Below are positions 11,801 to 18,817 of a stretch of DNA of 64,000 nt, piece by piece (within the stretch, counting starts at the first letter, position 1; the number at the start of each line of letters is the position of its first letter). The notes below the pieces were generated by a model. That model saw only the letters and a program-made list of their open reading frames with translations, was not told the DNA's origin and ran no database searches. Source of the DNA: Pseudomonadota bacterium (GTDB lineage: Bacteria > Myxococcota_A > UBA9042 > GCA-2863065). A program made the position numbers and the translations under genes. The stretch spans positions 8,368 to 72,367 of the forward strand of contig CANMLD010000002.1 of the NCBI GenBank assembly GCA_947498315.1, written 5' to 3'.

Positions 11801-13644
11801 ATCTCTACAAGACCCTCGGTCAAATGGCGTTCAAGGCTGGCAAGGTCGACAAGGCTCGCGAGTACCTCGAGAAGACGGTGTCGCTCCAGCCGGGCAGCAC
11901 GGACGCGCTCCGCAACCTCATGTCGCTGTGCGAGCAGCAGGGTTACTGGCAGGGCGTCGTGGAGTACGGCGTCGAGCTTCGGGACATCCTCACCGAGCCC
12001 ATGGAGAAGTTCGAGCTTCAGCTCCGCCTCGGTGACGCTTACCTGAAGCACCTGAAAGACATCGACGAGGCCGCTCGAGCATACCGCACAGCGCTCGACT
12101 TCCAGCCGGAGTCGAAGGGTGCGCACTTCAAGATCTTCCAGGTTCTCGTCGATGCCGAGCGCTACGACGAAGCCGTCGAGATTCTAGAGAAGCTGGTTAC
12201 GCTCGAAGCCGACCCGAAGCGCAAGGCACAGTACCTCGGAGCGGTCGGCGACATCTTCCGCGAGAAGAAGGGCGACCTCATCGGGTCGGTCGATTACTAC
12301 GAGCGCGCGCTCGACTACGACTCGAGCCTGCTCAAGCTCTTCCGTAGCATCGATGAGATCCTGACCCAGGCGAAGGACTGGCGTCGCCTGGAGAAGGCGT
12401 ACCGCAACATGTTCAAGCGCGTGGCGGACGACGAGACGCAGGAGCAGCTCCAGTACAAGTTGCTCTTCCTCCTCGGCGAGATCTACCGGACGCGGCTCGC
12501 GAGGCCGGACGCATCCAAGGCAGCGTTCGAGAACGCGCTCGAGCGTAAGCCGCGTGACGCCAAGTCGCTGCAGATCCTGGCGGAGATGTACGAGGCGGAC
12601 GAGCAGTACGAGGACGCCGTCCGCTGTAAGCGCCGTCTGCTGGAGATCGAGCCGGGTAACGTCGACCACTACCGCGATTCGAAGCGCCTCATGTTCGCGC
12701 TGAAGGATCTCGACGGAGCGTGGGTGGCCTGCGCGGTTCTGACGCTCCTCGGTCAGGCCAACGAGAAGGAAGAGGCGACCTACAATCAGCACGCGCCGAA
12801 GCAGATCGCCGAAGACGCGCTGACGCCGACGACCAACCTGTGGGGTCAGCTATTCTCAAAGGGCGAAGAACTCCTGATCGGTCACATCTTCTGGACCATC
12901 TACCAGGGCATCGGTTCCCAGCTCGCTACCAAGGAGTTGAAGGACTACGGGCTGAAGAAGAAGAGCCAGATCGATCCGAACGAGAAAGAGCTGCTCATGC
13001 ACGTCTACCGTCACACGGTGCGCGTGCTCGGGCTCAACCCGCCGCCGGAGCTCTACCACTCGCCCAAGACGCCTGGCTTGCAGCTCGCCGAGATCTTGCC
13101 GCCGGTCCTTTTGGTTGGCGACAATGTCCGACAGGGACAGACCGACCAGGAGCTCGGCTTCGTGCTCGGCAAGTCTCTGACGTACTTCCACAATTTGCAT
13201 CTCGCCGTGGCGCTCTCTCCACTCGAGACGCTCGAGACGCTCTTCAACGCGGCGGTCAAGCTGTTCGTGCCGTCCCACGACGTCGGCGCGCTCGAACAGA
13301 ACGAGGCGTTCCAGGAGCTCCTCGTAGCCCTCGGGGGCATGCCGCCGCAGCTCCGTCAGGGCCTGCAGCGCTACGTCGGCGAGTACATCGAGCGCGGCCA
13401 AAAGGCGAACCTCACGCGTTGGCTGAACCAGATCGAGCTGACGGCCAACCACGTCGGGTTGCTCATGTGCAACGACCCGCACGTCGCAGGCCAGATCATC
13501 AAGAACGAAGCGCATCGCACGCTCTTCCAGGCGCCTAGCCGGCTCGCGACCCGCGACAAGCTCGTCGATCTCGCCGTCTACTCGTTGTCTGAGGAGTACC
13601 TCGGCCTACGCAAGACGCTCGGGATCGCGATCGAGGCTGAGTAG
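2881..13644 (+). CDS. Giant (~3,590 aa) cytoplasmic TPR-like repeat protein with a ~480-aa non-repeat C-terminal domain; alternative upstream start at 2812
   Basis: Single uninterrupted 10.8-kb ORF. About 45 units of a ~76-78-aa double-helical-hairpin repeat with consensus ...Y..(V/I)LElDP.N..AL.aLe.LY......W..L..iL... No signal peptide. The last ~480 aa (from ~LKDLDGAWVACAVLTLLGQANEKEE) lose the periodicity. Confidence 0.8.
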   Translation: MPSGEPPMDIAEMRDAIAKNPTDAVTFEKLQNALLDERKLPELKAVYESVFPAIKDSPDKEKILRLVDNAARLYDDEGIKHWLNAQLGILYWRVLDSLDRAEVYFRRVQDAAGHSGGMVGEFYIEFYARRDNWRRLEELFQKQGLEDIEIKRKLAVIAEERDKKDKALAFWQEVYNYDPSDETVFDRLRQLYVGAEKWHSLVELLKKRLAAVDGDVAAAVTLHFEMVGIYREYIKSETKVIAELQALLKLDPSNADALDQLEQLYEGMKRWPDLVRVLQERIVHATGETKLGLHARIASIMLERFSNASEAIKHYQAILELDGQNLDAIRKLKELYEQRKTWEQYVEVAQLEIRLAGGSPQDRTNSLIQLAGLASEKIRVPRIAVSLWEQILETDPTHADALAQLEQLYERDKAYDKLADIISARADQTSDVAAQVALLEKLGAVISTRLKDEERTADVWRRLLAIQTGHKKAFDELRKRYLAASDFDALEGLYRQHGTLSELTRALEAQVKSESDTGKISLLQRIAGLRREEGNAPKAIAALEEILALDSQNAAAARALIPDYASLGQWDKLAGAYDVVLGATEDAATRRPILESKARIAETQLGDSNAAYFCLVECLRNAPGDTDLRSELDRLAQASDNLEGFAEVLEEALELLDESSPEVLRTTLRVAEIWHGLGSPGRALGHYARVVQVLQPGHTGALAAMEAIYRETGQWDELLELLQDKQNGSNLDAEGQKSLRFEIAAVCRDKLGRAEDAMRVYREMMDQFPDDLRIYDELAQLHLLAEDWIELISVLERKLGALSDRSDTKPQAISELRARLGLEHVRFGESARAVEYFIDALNADGNNDVAIAQLTILMAQSALERTVAEALEPVWVRRGDDKQLAAVIEIQLRYARDKKAKKKLIERLVVLYRDKIADDAAALDAASRLFVLDPEAGFAKGARPTVEAIALKLGAHAALADLYEQNVDRIDEPATRLIVHNAIARSVYEHGSDFIRAEKHFRSILDIDGGHADTLDALEELYAVTEQYELLLEIVLKKEQLATSDDARVAFRFQTATLLAEQLGRIPEAIDDLRRILGIEPGNAQALARLDDLYTRTEAWLDLHDILRSRIDGAASDDDRVSLLVRLAELQETRLDMPTDAVITYADVIAIDFVQPDAVGALERLFAEPDYAGIIAPILEATYQATGRWDGLVAVYTEMERAAETTDEKVDLQFKIAGLYEGPGQSPAQAYQHLGEAYRYDPARETTVKELIRLADVLGDQRGLTVLLAEKVELIADETRRRETQRVIAQTLADKVGDAPKAIEAYRAVLDLAPGDVQATDALITLYRKTEQYPQLVDMLRQRAGLENDVKRKKALLAEAGEIASAAIGAEEAISVYESALEVDPNDVATLDALARVYEETEAWNDLCRILGRKIELESDLETKKAYARELAGVQEQRIEDPDSAIETQRVILGWDEADLAALASLDDLFGLTERWIELIEIIDRQNALGAGDSADLMLRKASVWNEKVGDTGQAINVLSAILTERPQETRAIAALEAIVRDSDEREAAYAALRPVLENSGAWSAILGLSEILVSTRDIPAAQVQALADMATIAEARLNAPENAFSFWGRALALDGDDTDAMAAVERLAKAHGLWEALVELLDAAAKRNDDPSRSVTLRLRAADVLKDEIGAYDRAIVSYNVVLQDDDQNATALLALDELYTATDAHAELPGILARRIDITTDAAEKIGLYFRLADVAENRLGESDRPVECFREIFYLNSNNAAAISELERLMRTTGHRLEIADLLEPVYADRGQWPQLLALLDLRLDLAKDPTDRLDLLRRMASVSLDQLGNKGDALHRYSLAFKIDPGDDSLLERVETLASETGDYASLKETLLAVAIGLQEKSRKIELWHKAALVVMNQLADKDQGERIYEYVLNEDQSDLTALRALDTLYVQQNRWTELDVCLQSQVAAVEFDDERVGLLLRLGELCTGKLGRPADAIAAYVDALAYNETEPTALAALNTLYRDVGEWEPLFDIATRQSEIASDDATRLAHKRDLAELAENKLGRAEDALHLWEDVLSITPADLDAIRHIERLHRGAGNDEGVAEAMERELRTLGGEDPVRASDLYRELGRLFAGKLDDPFKAQEAWERLLDLEDNDVEALKALAKLHEDGSNLEALAKTLEKMVASRRFFGDEVLALWQQLARLYTESVPEPQNAIRAWSQVRDVRPDDLEAVRALETLYSDGGQWAPAVAMMTVKAGLVPAAEAVGVWFAIGEAQQFQLSDPASAAVSYARVLELDNAHQDAGERLEGIYQDSGRFADLAKLLEARADLLDRPEDKRDLFVRLADLYETRLGDLAAALVYTIAAHDQKHGDLDIVLSIERIATVIEQWSDLHEQYAFALDATTDETDRIDIALRDARLLESKLQDSQGAIERYRHVLELNPDHAEAMLEIAGLYEKTGAWEDLVAILERRFGSSNDSFERGEIGVKIGSVLRDQLGAIDRAVDAFKRVLDLGVAEQRVIEALEAIFRSASRYDDLVEILFAKANSGLGNETALKLEIGSIREEKLSDPRGAIDIYESILSLDESNRDSLDRLMSLYADVNDMERLTSVYERLLHAAESDEEQITYCEALAVLQKDVHQNPEAAADYYFRILTIDTKHSDAMAALEELYETMERWEDLIEIFRRRLEQSDDTTTWSSYKEKSARLYSEKLQDLGSAIDAYQQLIDRVPGNRAALDALEALYRADAHWERVQDVLAQKAEYTKGPERLALLIDRARIVLEELSDPDGALEIARRAEVEAPSDATISSLLEAVYGRRGEWDQVVQVLSRRGSHARSDADSAAAEVAIAKVYEEKLHDGEAAIRHYERALELVPSDVQTSERLAGLYVIAEDWIKAEALLSLIVRRAPTDAEPEWMSRTYKNLGLSLENMLRPSEALEAYEQAHNFAPEDMEILKALGRAAEATGDFGTAEKVFTQLIEAARLDATEAELVNLYKTLGQMAFKAGKVDKAREYLEKTVSLQPGSTDALRNLMSLCEQQGYWQGVVEYGVELRDILTEPMEKFELQLRLGDAYLKHLKDIDEAARAYRTALDFQPESKGAHFKIFQVLVDAERYDEAVEILEKLVTLEADPKRKAQYLGAVGDIFREKKGDLIGSVDYYERALDYDSSLLKLFRSIDEILTQAKDWRRLEKAYRNMFKRVADDETQEQLQYKLLFLLGEIYRTRLARPDASKAAFENALERKPRDAKSLQILAEMYEADEQYEDAVRCKRRLLEIEPGNVDHYRDSKRLMFALKDLDGAWVACAVLTLLGQANEKEEATYNQHAPKQIAEDALTPTTNLWGQLFSKGEELLIGHIFWTIYQGIGSQLATKELKDYGLKKKSQIDPNEKELLMHVYRHTVRVLGLNPPPELYHSPKTPGLQLAEILPPVLLVGDNVRQGQTDQELGFVLGKSLTYFHNLHLAVALSPLETLETLFNAAVKLFVPSHDVGALEQNEAFQELLVALGGMPPQLRQGLQRYVGEYIERGQKANLTRWLNQIELTANHVGLLMCNDPHVAGQIIKNEAHRTLFQAPSRLATRDKLVDLAVYSLSEEYLGLRKTLGIAIEAE

Positions 13645-13659
13645 CTCTGCGCGGTCAGC

Positions 13660-14330
13660 TTTCAGCCCCAGCGCCGGCGTCGCCTGCATCAGCCGGAGGT
13701 GACTCAGGGCTATCAGCGATCAGCGTTCAGCGGTCAGCCCGTCGAGGCCAGGGAAGCGCCTCACCCTGCGAGACATGTAGCCCGGCCGGCCGGCTGGCCG
13801 GAGCTTACCGCCGACCGCTTACCGCTGAGCGCTCAGAAGCAGCACTGAGCGCCGCGCCGGCATCGCCGGCAGCCGCCCCGGACATCGAGTCAGTCATGAG
13901 TCCCAGCCCCCACGCCGGCTGTTGCCGGCGACAGCCGGAGCTAACGCAAGCGCTCAGCCATCAGCCCTCAGCGTTCAGCCAGGCAACGTCCGTGGCTCCC
14001 CTAAGTGAGATGCTACGTCGGCCGGCCAGGGCCGGAGCTTACCGCCGACCGCTGACCGCTGATAGCCCCGGGGCAGGTCTACGCGACGCGCCGGCTCAGC
14101 CGGCAGCAGCCCTGGGAGTCGAGTTAGTTACGAGCGGTCAGCCGGGCAACAACCACGGTACTTCGAGCCGCCGTGTAGGCTCGGCCGGCTGGCCGGAGCT
14201 GGCGGCTGATCGCTGTGCGCTGAACGCTTTCGCGTCGCACCGAGCGCTGCGTCGGTATCGCCGACAGTCGCCCGGGCGTCGGAGTCAGTCACAAGCTGGG
14301 TCGACAGCAGCCGTCCCAGGGACGGCGGCC
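13660..14330. repeat. Intergenic mosaic of ~3 degenerate ~230-bp tandem units with embedded 12-bp inverted repeats and GC palindromes (ggccggccggctggccgg)
   Basis: 'cggccggctggccggagcttaccgccgaccgct' recurs near 13790, 14020 and 14175. 'gggctatcagcg' (13706) and 'cgctgatagccc' (~14057) are an inverted pair, as are 'tcagcggtcagc' (13729) and 'gctgaccgctga' (~14048). 'gagtcagtcatgagtc', 'gagtcgagttagttacgagc' and 'ggagtcagtcacaagc' end each unit. Confidence 0.5.
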
Positions 14331-14341
14331 GACGTGGCTTC

Positions 14342-15142
14342 ATGAGCACCCTCTACGTCGTCGCGACGCCGATCGGAAACCTGGAGGACATCACCCTCCG
14401 GGCCATCCGAACACTGAAGGAGTGTGGAGCTATCCTCGCGGAGGACACGCGCCACTCCCTCGGGCTCCTACAGCACCTCGGGGTGCCAAAGAAGCCCCTC
14501 CACGCCTACCACGACCACAACGAAGCCGAGATGGTCCCGCGCGCCTTGCGCTGGCTCGCTGAGGGCACGACCCTGGCGCTCGTGACCGACGCTGGCACAC
14601 CTGCCATAAGCGACCCGGGCTACCGTCTCGTTCGGGCCGCACGAGACGAGGGGTTCCAGGTCGTGCCAATCCCAGGTGCGTGCGCGGCGGTCGCGGCGCT
14701 CTCCGTAGGAGGGCTCCCCACCGACCGCTTTACCTTCGCCGGATTCCCGCCCAAGAAGGCCGGCGCGCTCGGGCGCTTCTTCGAAGAGCTCGCAGGCAGC
14801 GCTGGCACACTCGTCCTCTACGCGGCCGCCCGAGACGTCGTGGAGGTCCTCCAAGCCGCCATAGCTTCCCGGGGCGACACGGACGTCGCCATCTTCCGCG
14901 AGCTCACCAAGACCTTCGAGGAAGTCAGCCGAGGTCCCGCCAGCGTCGTCATCGCTGACTGGACGACGACCCCTCGAAAAGGAGAAGTAACCCTCCTCTT
15001 GGGCGAGCCCGCCTCCCTCAATTGGGACGACGACACCCTTCGCGCCATGCTCGGAAAGGGCAGCCTCGACGACGTACGCGCGGCCACCGGGGTCAGCAAG
15101 AAGCGGCTCTACTCCCTCAAGTTAGGGCTCGGTCGAAAATAA
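14342..15142 (+). CDS. rsmI: 16S rRNA (cytidine1402-2'-O)-methyltransferase RsmI
   Basis: N-terminus LYVVATPIGNLEDITLRAIRTLKECGAILAEDTRHS and the motifs TDAGTPAISDPG and PIPGACA are typical of the RsmI/tetrapyrrole-methylase fold. Confidence 0.85.
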   Translation: MSTLYVVATPIGNLEDITLRAIRTLKECGAILAEDTRHSLGLLQHLGVPKKPLHAYHDHNEAEMVPRALRWLAEGTTLALVTDAGTPAISDPGYRLVRAARDEGFQVVPIPGACAAVAALSVGGLPTDRFTFAGFPPKKAGALGRFFEELAGSAGTLVLYAAARDVVEVLQAAIASRGDTDVAIFRELTKTFEEVSRGPASVVIADWTTTPRKGEVTLLLGEPASLNWDDDTLRAMLGKGSLDDVRAATGVSKKRLYSLKLGLGRK

Positions 15143-15412
15143 GTGGTTCGATTTGCCCGCCTTCGGGCGACTGCGAGTGACGCTTGACTGGCCCTGTGCG
15201 CGCCGGCGAATTGGTTCATCGGCGGGGGTTGGCGGACGACACGAACCGGTTCAGCGTGAGCGACGATTCTGGCGTCGCGGCCGTCGAGCAAGCCCTTCAC
15301 GCTCCGCTTCGAGCTGGTTGTGCGTGGCACAGTGAATCGTCAGGTTCTCGGCCGTGTCCGACCCACTTAGAACGACTCGACAGCCCCTAGTACGTTCTGA
15401 TATCGATTCTCC

Positions 15413-17836
15413 ATGAGTCGCGTGTTTTTTGGTCCGGCGAGTTCGGTACGACGTGGTCGGAACCCGGGTGCAGCTACCGTGGTGGGTTCGCTCCTGGCGT
15501 CATGGGGCCTAGGCTGTAGCTCGCCAGAGAGTGAGAGCGCTCTGGTGACGGGCGCACAGACCGAGAGCTGCGCCATCGACACCGACTGCGACGACAGGGA
15601 TCCGTGCACCGCTGAACGGTGCAGTGCGCTCAAACTCTGCGCCACGGTGGAGCTCGGCAGGGCGTGTCGAGCTCCCGAGCTCGTGGGACAGGCGGGCCTC
15701 GAGATGGTGCAGACGGTCAACCAAGGCCAGGGTGGGCGCGAGGGCTTGCTCGGCGCCAGCGCCATGGCGGCCTCCTCTATCGGCGATATCTACGTCGCGG
15801 CGCCGAGCGAAGGGCGTCTGACCCGACTCTTGTGGAAGGACAACCAGCTCTCTCTGGGCGAGTCCATCGAGACTGGCGTCATCTGCGACATTGCGCTGAC
15901 CGACGAGGAATCGCACCTGTACGCTCTTGGAGATGAGCGACTCGCCGTCTTTCCGCGTGAGGTGTTGACCGGAGACCTCGGCGAGCCACTTCGGGTCGGC
16001 GTCGGAGGGACTGCGATTGCCCTCCACCGAGACTCGGCGTGGCTACTAGGTACTGGGCGTCTCAACGAGGTTCGTCTTGGTAGCGACGGGGTCCTCACGA
16101 TGGGGCTTTCAGTCGATGCACCAAGTACAATCTCCGCGACGAGGGCAAGATGGTGCGGCTCCCCTGGCGCAGGACGCCAGGTGCTAGTCGTCTCGAGCCG
16201 CGAAGCGTCATCCATCACACTCTGGGACTTCTCGAATGACGATGGGGAGCCCGTTCTGCTTGGCGCGCTCGGCAGGGAGGATGGGCTCGATGGTGTGGTC
16301 GGCGCTGCCTGTAGTCCCAAGGGCGATGAGATGGTGGCCGTCACCCGCGACAATGGCGAGCTGGTCATGTTTGATTGGCCAGACGACTCTCTTCTCCCGA
16401 TCGTAACAAGTCGAACCTCTATAGCGGCGGCGCAAGCAGAGCTCGAGGGCCGTCAAGCCGATGAGTTCGTGGTCGATCCCATCGACGTCGGTTTTGGCGG
16501 TGCAGGCGGCAAGTCGAGGGCGTTGGTCGTCTTGGCAGCGCGAGAGATTGGCGCCGTCCTCTTCGACCTTGACGGCGTTGCCCCAGTCCTTCTGCCTTCG
16601 CACGGCCTGAGGTTCGAGGTCGTAGACTATCTCCGTTCCGAAGTGGAAGAGGGGCAGCGCAGTGGCTCGCCCGACTCGGGCTCCACAGTGGCGTCGGGTG
16701 TCGTGCTTCCCTTCGGCCAAGACCTGATCTTCACGTCTGGCTTACACTCGGCGGTGGGCGTCGTTCGGCCAGACGGGTCGCTGGTGACGGTGCGACAAGG
16801 CGACGGCGGGGTCGATGGCCTCACAGGCGCAAACAACCTCGACGTGTCGCCAGACGAACGCACGCTGGTCGTCGCGTCGAGATACGCGAACGCCATCACC
16901 AGTTTCCGTATTGTCGCCAACGGCGGCGCCGTCGTGCCGCTCCCCGCCACGAAAGCCCCCGGGCCGCAGTTGTCGTTTCACGACGCGGTCGTCTCCAGGC
17001 CGAACGGGCACCTCGTACACGGGCTCGAGAACATGTTGGGCCGCGTGCATACGTATGCGTTGGACGCCGAGACCAGTGAACTCACGCCCATCGACATCGC
17101 TGCCGTACCGCCACCGTCCGGCGGTGAGCAGGCGTTCCCTGTGAGGATGCGGGGGTCACCAGACGGCCGTAGCCTGTACGTAGGCGACTTCCAAAGAGAC
17201 CTCCCGAGCGGGCTCATCGAGTTCGCCGTCGACCTCGCGTCCGGGCGCACCGAGGCAGTGATGCGCCACGAGCAGGACGAACTTGCTGGCATCGAGGATA
17301 TCATCATCAACGCCGATGGCAGCCACATCCTGGCGACCTGCTACCTCGCTAGTTCGGTCGTTCACTACTCTCGCGCGGCTAGCGGCGCTCTGACAGCGAT
17401 GACGCCCCTCGTCGATGAACGGTTCTTTGGAGCTGAGTTCCTCGCACTGTCCCCAGACGAGACGCATCTATACGTGGCGACAGCGGCCCGGCCCAGCGGC
17501 AATCTTCTCTCGGTGCTCGAGGTGGACCTCGATGGCGACCACATGACGATCACACAGAGTTTATCGTCGGACGATGGCATCAAGTTCGAGGAGGCTGGGG
17601 GTCTCTCAGTTTCCGCGAGCGGCCTGCTTTGGGCGGCGTCCCGAGCCGACGATGCCATCAACCTTCTCGAACCCCGCCCCGATGGTCGACTCTCGCCCGT
17701 CACCTCCGCGCAAAGCGCAGACAAGCTCGGTTGGGCCAACGATTTGCAGGTTTCCAAGAACGGGAAGTGGCTCTACGTGGCGGCGGCGGTGTCGGATGGG
17801 ATCGCAGTCCTTGCGACGGGCGTAGCTCCCAAGTAG
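15413..17836 (+). CDS. Secreted/lipo-protein with an N-terminal Cys-rich knot followed by two lactonase-type (COG2706-like) 7-bladed beta-propeller regions
   Basis: Signal peptide (RRGR...LLASWGLGC). Motif CAIDTDCDDRDPCTAERCSALKLC. Repeated blades of the type SPDERTLVVASRYANAITSFRI / SPDETHLYVATAARPSGNLLSV / SKNGKWLYVAAAVSDGIAVL. Confidence 0.5.
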   Translation: MSRVFFGPASSVRRGRNPGAATVVGSLLASWGLGCSSPESESALVTGAQTESCAIDTDCDDRDPCTAERCSALKLCATVELGRACRAPELVGQAGLEMVQTVNQGQGGREGLLGASAMAASSIGDIYVAAPSEGRLTRLLWKDNQLSLGESIETGVICDIALTDEESHLYALGDERLAVFPREVLTGDLGEPLRVGVGGTAIALHRDSAWLLGTGRLNEVRLGSDGVLTMGLSVDAPSTISATRARWCGSPGAGRQVLVVSSREASSITLWDFSNDDGEPVLLGALGREDGLDGVVGAACSPKGDEMVAVTRDNGELVMFDWPDDSLLPIVTSRTSIAAAQAELEGRQADEFVVDPIDVGFGGAGGKSRALVVLAAREIGAVLFDLDGVAPVLLPSHGLRFEVVDYLRSEVEEGQRSGSPDSGSTVASGVVLPFGQDLIFTSGLHSAVGVVRPDGSLVTVRQGDGGVDGLTGANNLDVSPDERTLVVASRYANAITSFRIVANGGAVVPLPATKAPGPQLSFHDAVVSRPNGHLVHGLENMLGRVHTYALDAETSELTPIDIAAVPPPSGGEQAFPVRMRGSPDGRSLYVGDFQRDLPSGLIEFAVDLASGRTEAVMRHEQDELAGIEDIIINADGSHILATCYLASSVVHYSRAASGALTAMTPLVDERFFGAEFLALSPDETHLYVATAARPSGNLLSVLEVDLDGDHMTITQSLSSDDGIKFEEAGGLSVSASGLLWAASRADDAINLLEPRPDGRLSPVTSAQSADKLGWANDLQVSKNGKWLYVAAAVSDGIAVLATGVAPK

Positions 17837-17893
17837 CTGCTGAGCCGCCGCCCGGAGCAAATGGCTCGACGGGCGGCGTACGCTCCGAACACA

Positions 17894-18817
17894 TTACTCG
17901 GCAGCGGGGGCCTCGCCGTCGCCTGGCGCGGGTGGCGCCTTCGGCCCTTCGGCACAATGGGCGGCGATCTTCTCGCACAGCTCGGCCGGTGCGTCGCTCT
18001 CCTCACAGTGCGCCAGCTTCTCTTCGCACTTCTTCGCAAACGCGGCTTCGGCCGATGACTTCAGGCAGTCGCGCGCTTCGGTCGCACAGTCGGCGGGTAC
18101 GCCGCCGTCCGTGACGCAGGCATCGAGGTCATCGATGCAGGCCTTGACGACCTCCTGGTGGTGTTCGCACTTGGCCTTGGCCTTCCCGGCCGCCTTCATG
18201 ATCTTGCCGCAACCGGCCTTCATCGGGCCGCCATTGGGGCCAGCGTCGTCGGGCAGTTCGCCTTCGGGCAGCTCGCCTGCTGTGGGCGGTGCATCGCCAC
18301 CTTCCGGGGGCGGGGGCGGTGCATCGCCACCCTCCGGAGGCGGGGGCGGTGCATCGCCACCTTCCGGGGGCGGGGGCGGTGCATCGCCACTCTCCGGGGC
18401 GCCCTCCGTCGGCGGCCCGTTCTTGGGGGGCTTTCCACCTCCGGGTTTACCCGCGGCCTCCCCGTCCGAACCGGCGAGCTCATCCGTGCTCATGGCTGGG
18501 GGCGCTTCGCCGGCCTTGCAGGCCTTCACGGCCTCCTTCAGCTTCTCGAGCTTCGGGGGCTTGGGTGCGCATGCCTTCAGCGCGTCATGGCAGTCCTCGC
18601 CCCCATCGGCGACGCACGCGGCGAAGTCCTCGAGGCAGCCGCCCCCCTGTTCTTCGAGCTCACCGAGGCCCTCTTGCGCGGCCACGACGGCAGCGAGCGC
18701 CGACTCGGTCTCCGAGACCGGAGCGAGCTCGCCGGTGGCCGAACAGCCGGCCATCAGGCCCGCAGCGATGAAGGAGCGGAGGATCGAACGGGAGAAGCTG
18801 GCGAAGTTGCGGGTCAT
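17894..18817 (-). CDS. Cys-rich lipoprotein with an internally duplicated Cx6C-V(A/T)DGG-x-C-x6-C motif flanking a (PPPPPEGGDA)n proline-rich linker
   Basis: Lipobox LMAGCS. N-terminal CLEDFAACVADGGEDCHDALKAC mirrors C-terminal CIDDLDACVTDGGVPADCATEARDC. 16 Cys with alternating x6/x9 spacing. Four exact 10-aa repeats. Confidence 0.5.
   Translation of the reverse strand: MTRNFASFSRSILRSFIAAGLMAGCSATGELAPVSETESALAAVVAAQEGLGELEEQGGGCLEDFAACVADGGEDCHDALKACAPKPPKLEKLKEAVKACKAGEAPPAMSTDELAGSDGEAAGKPGGGKPPKNGPPTEGAPESGDAPPPPPEGGDAPPPPPEGGDAPPPPPEGGDAPPTAGELPEGELPDDAGPNGGPMKAGCGKIMKAAGKAKAKCEHHQEVVKACIDDLDACVTDGGVPADCATEARDCLKSSAEAAFAKKCEEKLAHCEESDAPAELCEKIAAHCAEGPKAPPAPGDGEAPAAE
18285..18404. repeat. 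Four perfect 30-bp tandem repeats (ggcggtgcatcgccacc(t/c)tccgg(g/a)ggcgggg) encoding the PPPPPEGGDA repeat of the lipoprotein on the minus strand
   Basis: Copies start at 18285, 18315, 18345 and 18375. The units abut with no spacers, so this is not a CRISPR array. Confidence 0.8.

Noticed and set aside
13645-14341. CRISPR array, or protein-coding ORFs 13896..14345 (+) and 14128..14349 (-), in the repeat mosaic
   Set aside because: The repeat units are ~230 bp, degenerate and partly inverted, so they are not CRISPR-like. The ORF translations are R/A/G/S-rich with no start context. They are considered artefacts of the GC-rich repeats.
18285-18404. Possible CRISPR array (regular 30-bp repeats)
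   Set aside because: The units are directly tandem with no spacers, sit inside a coding sequence and translate to an exact peptide repeat. No cas genes are nearby.
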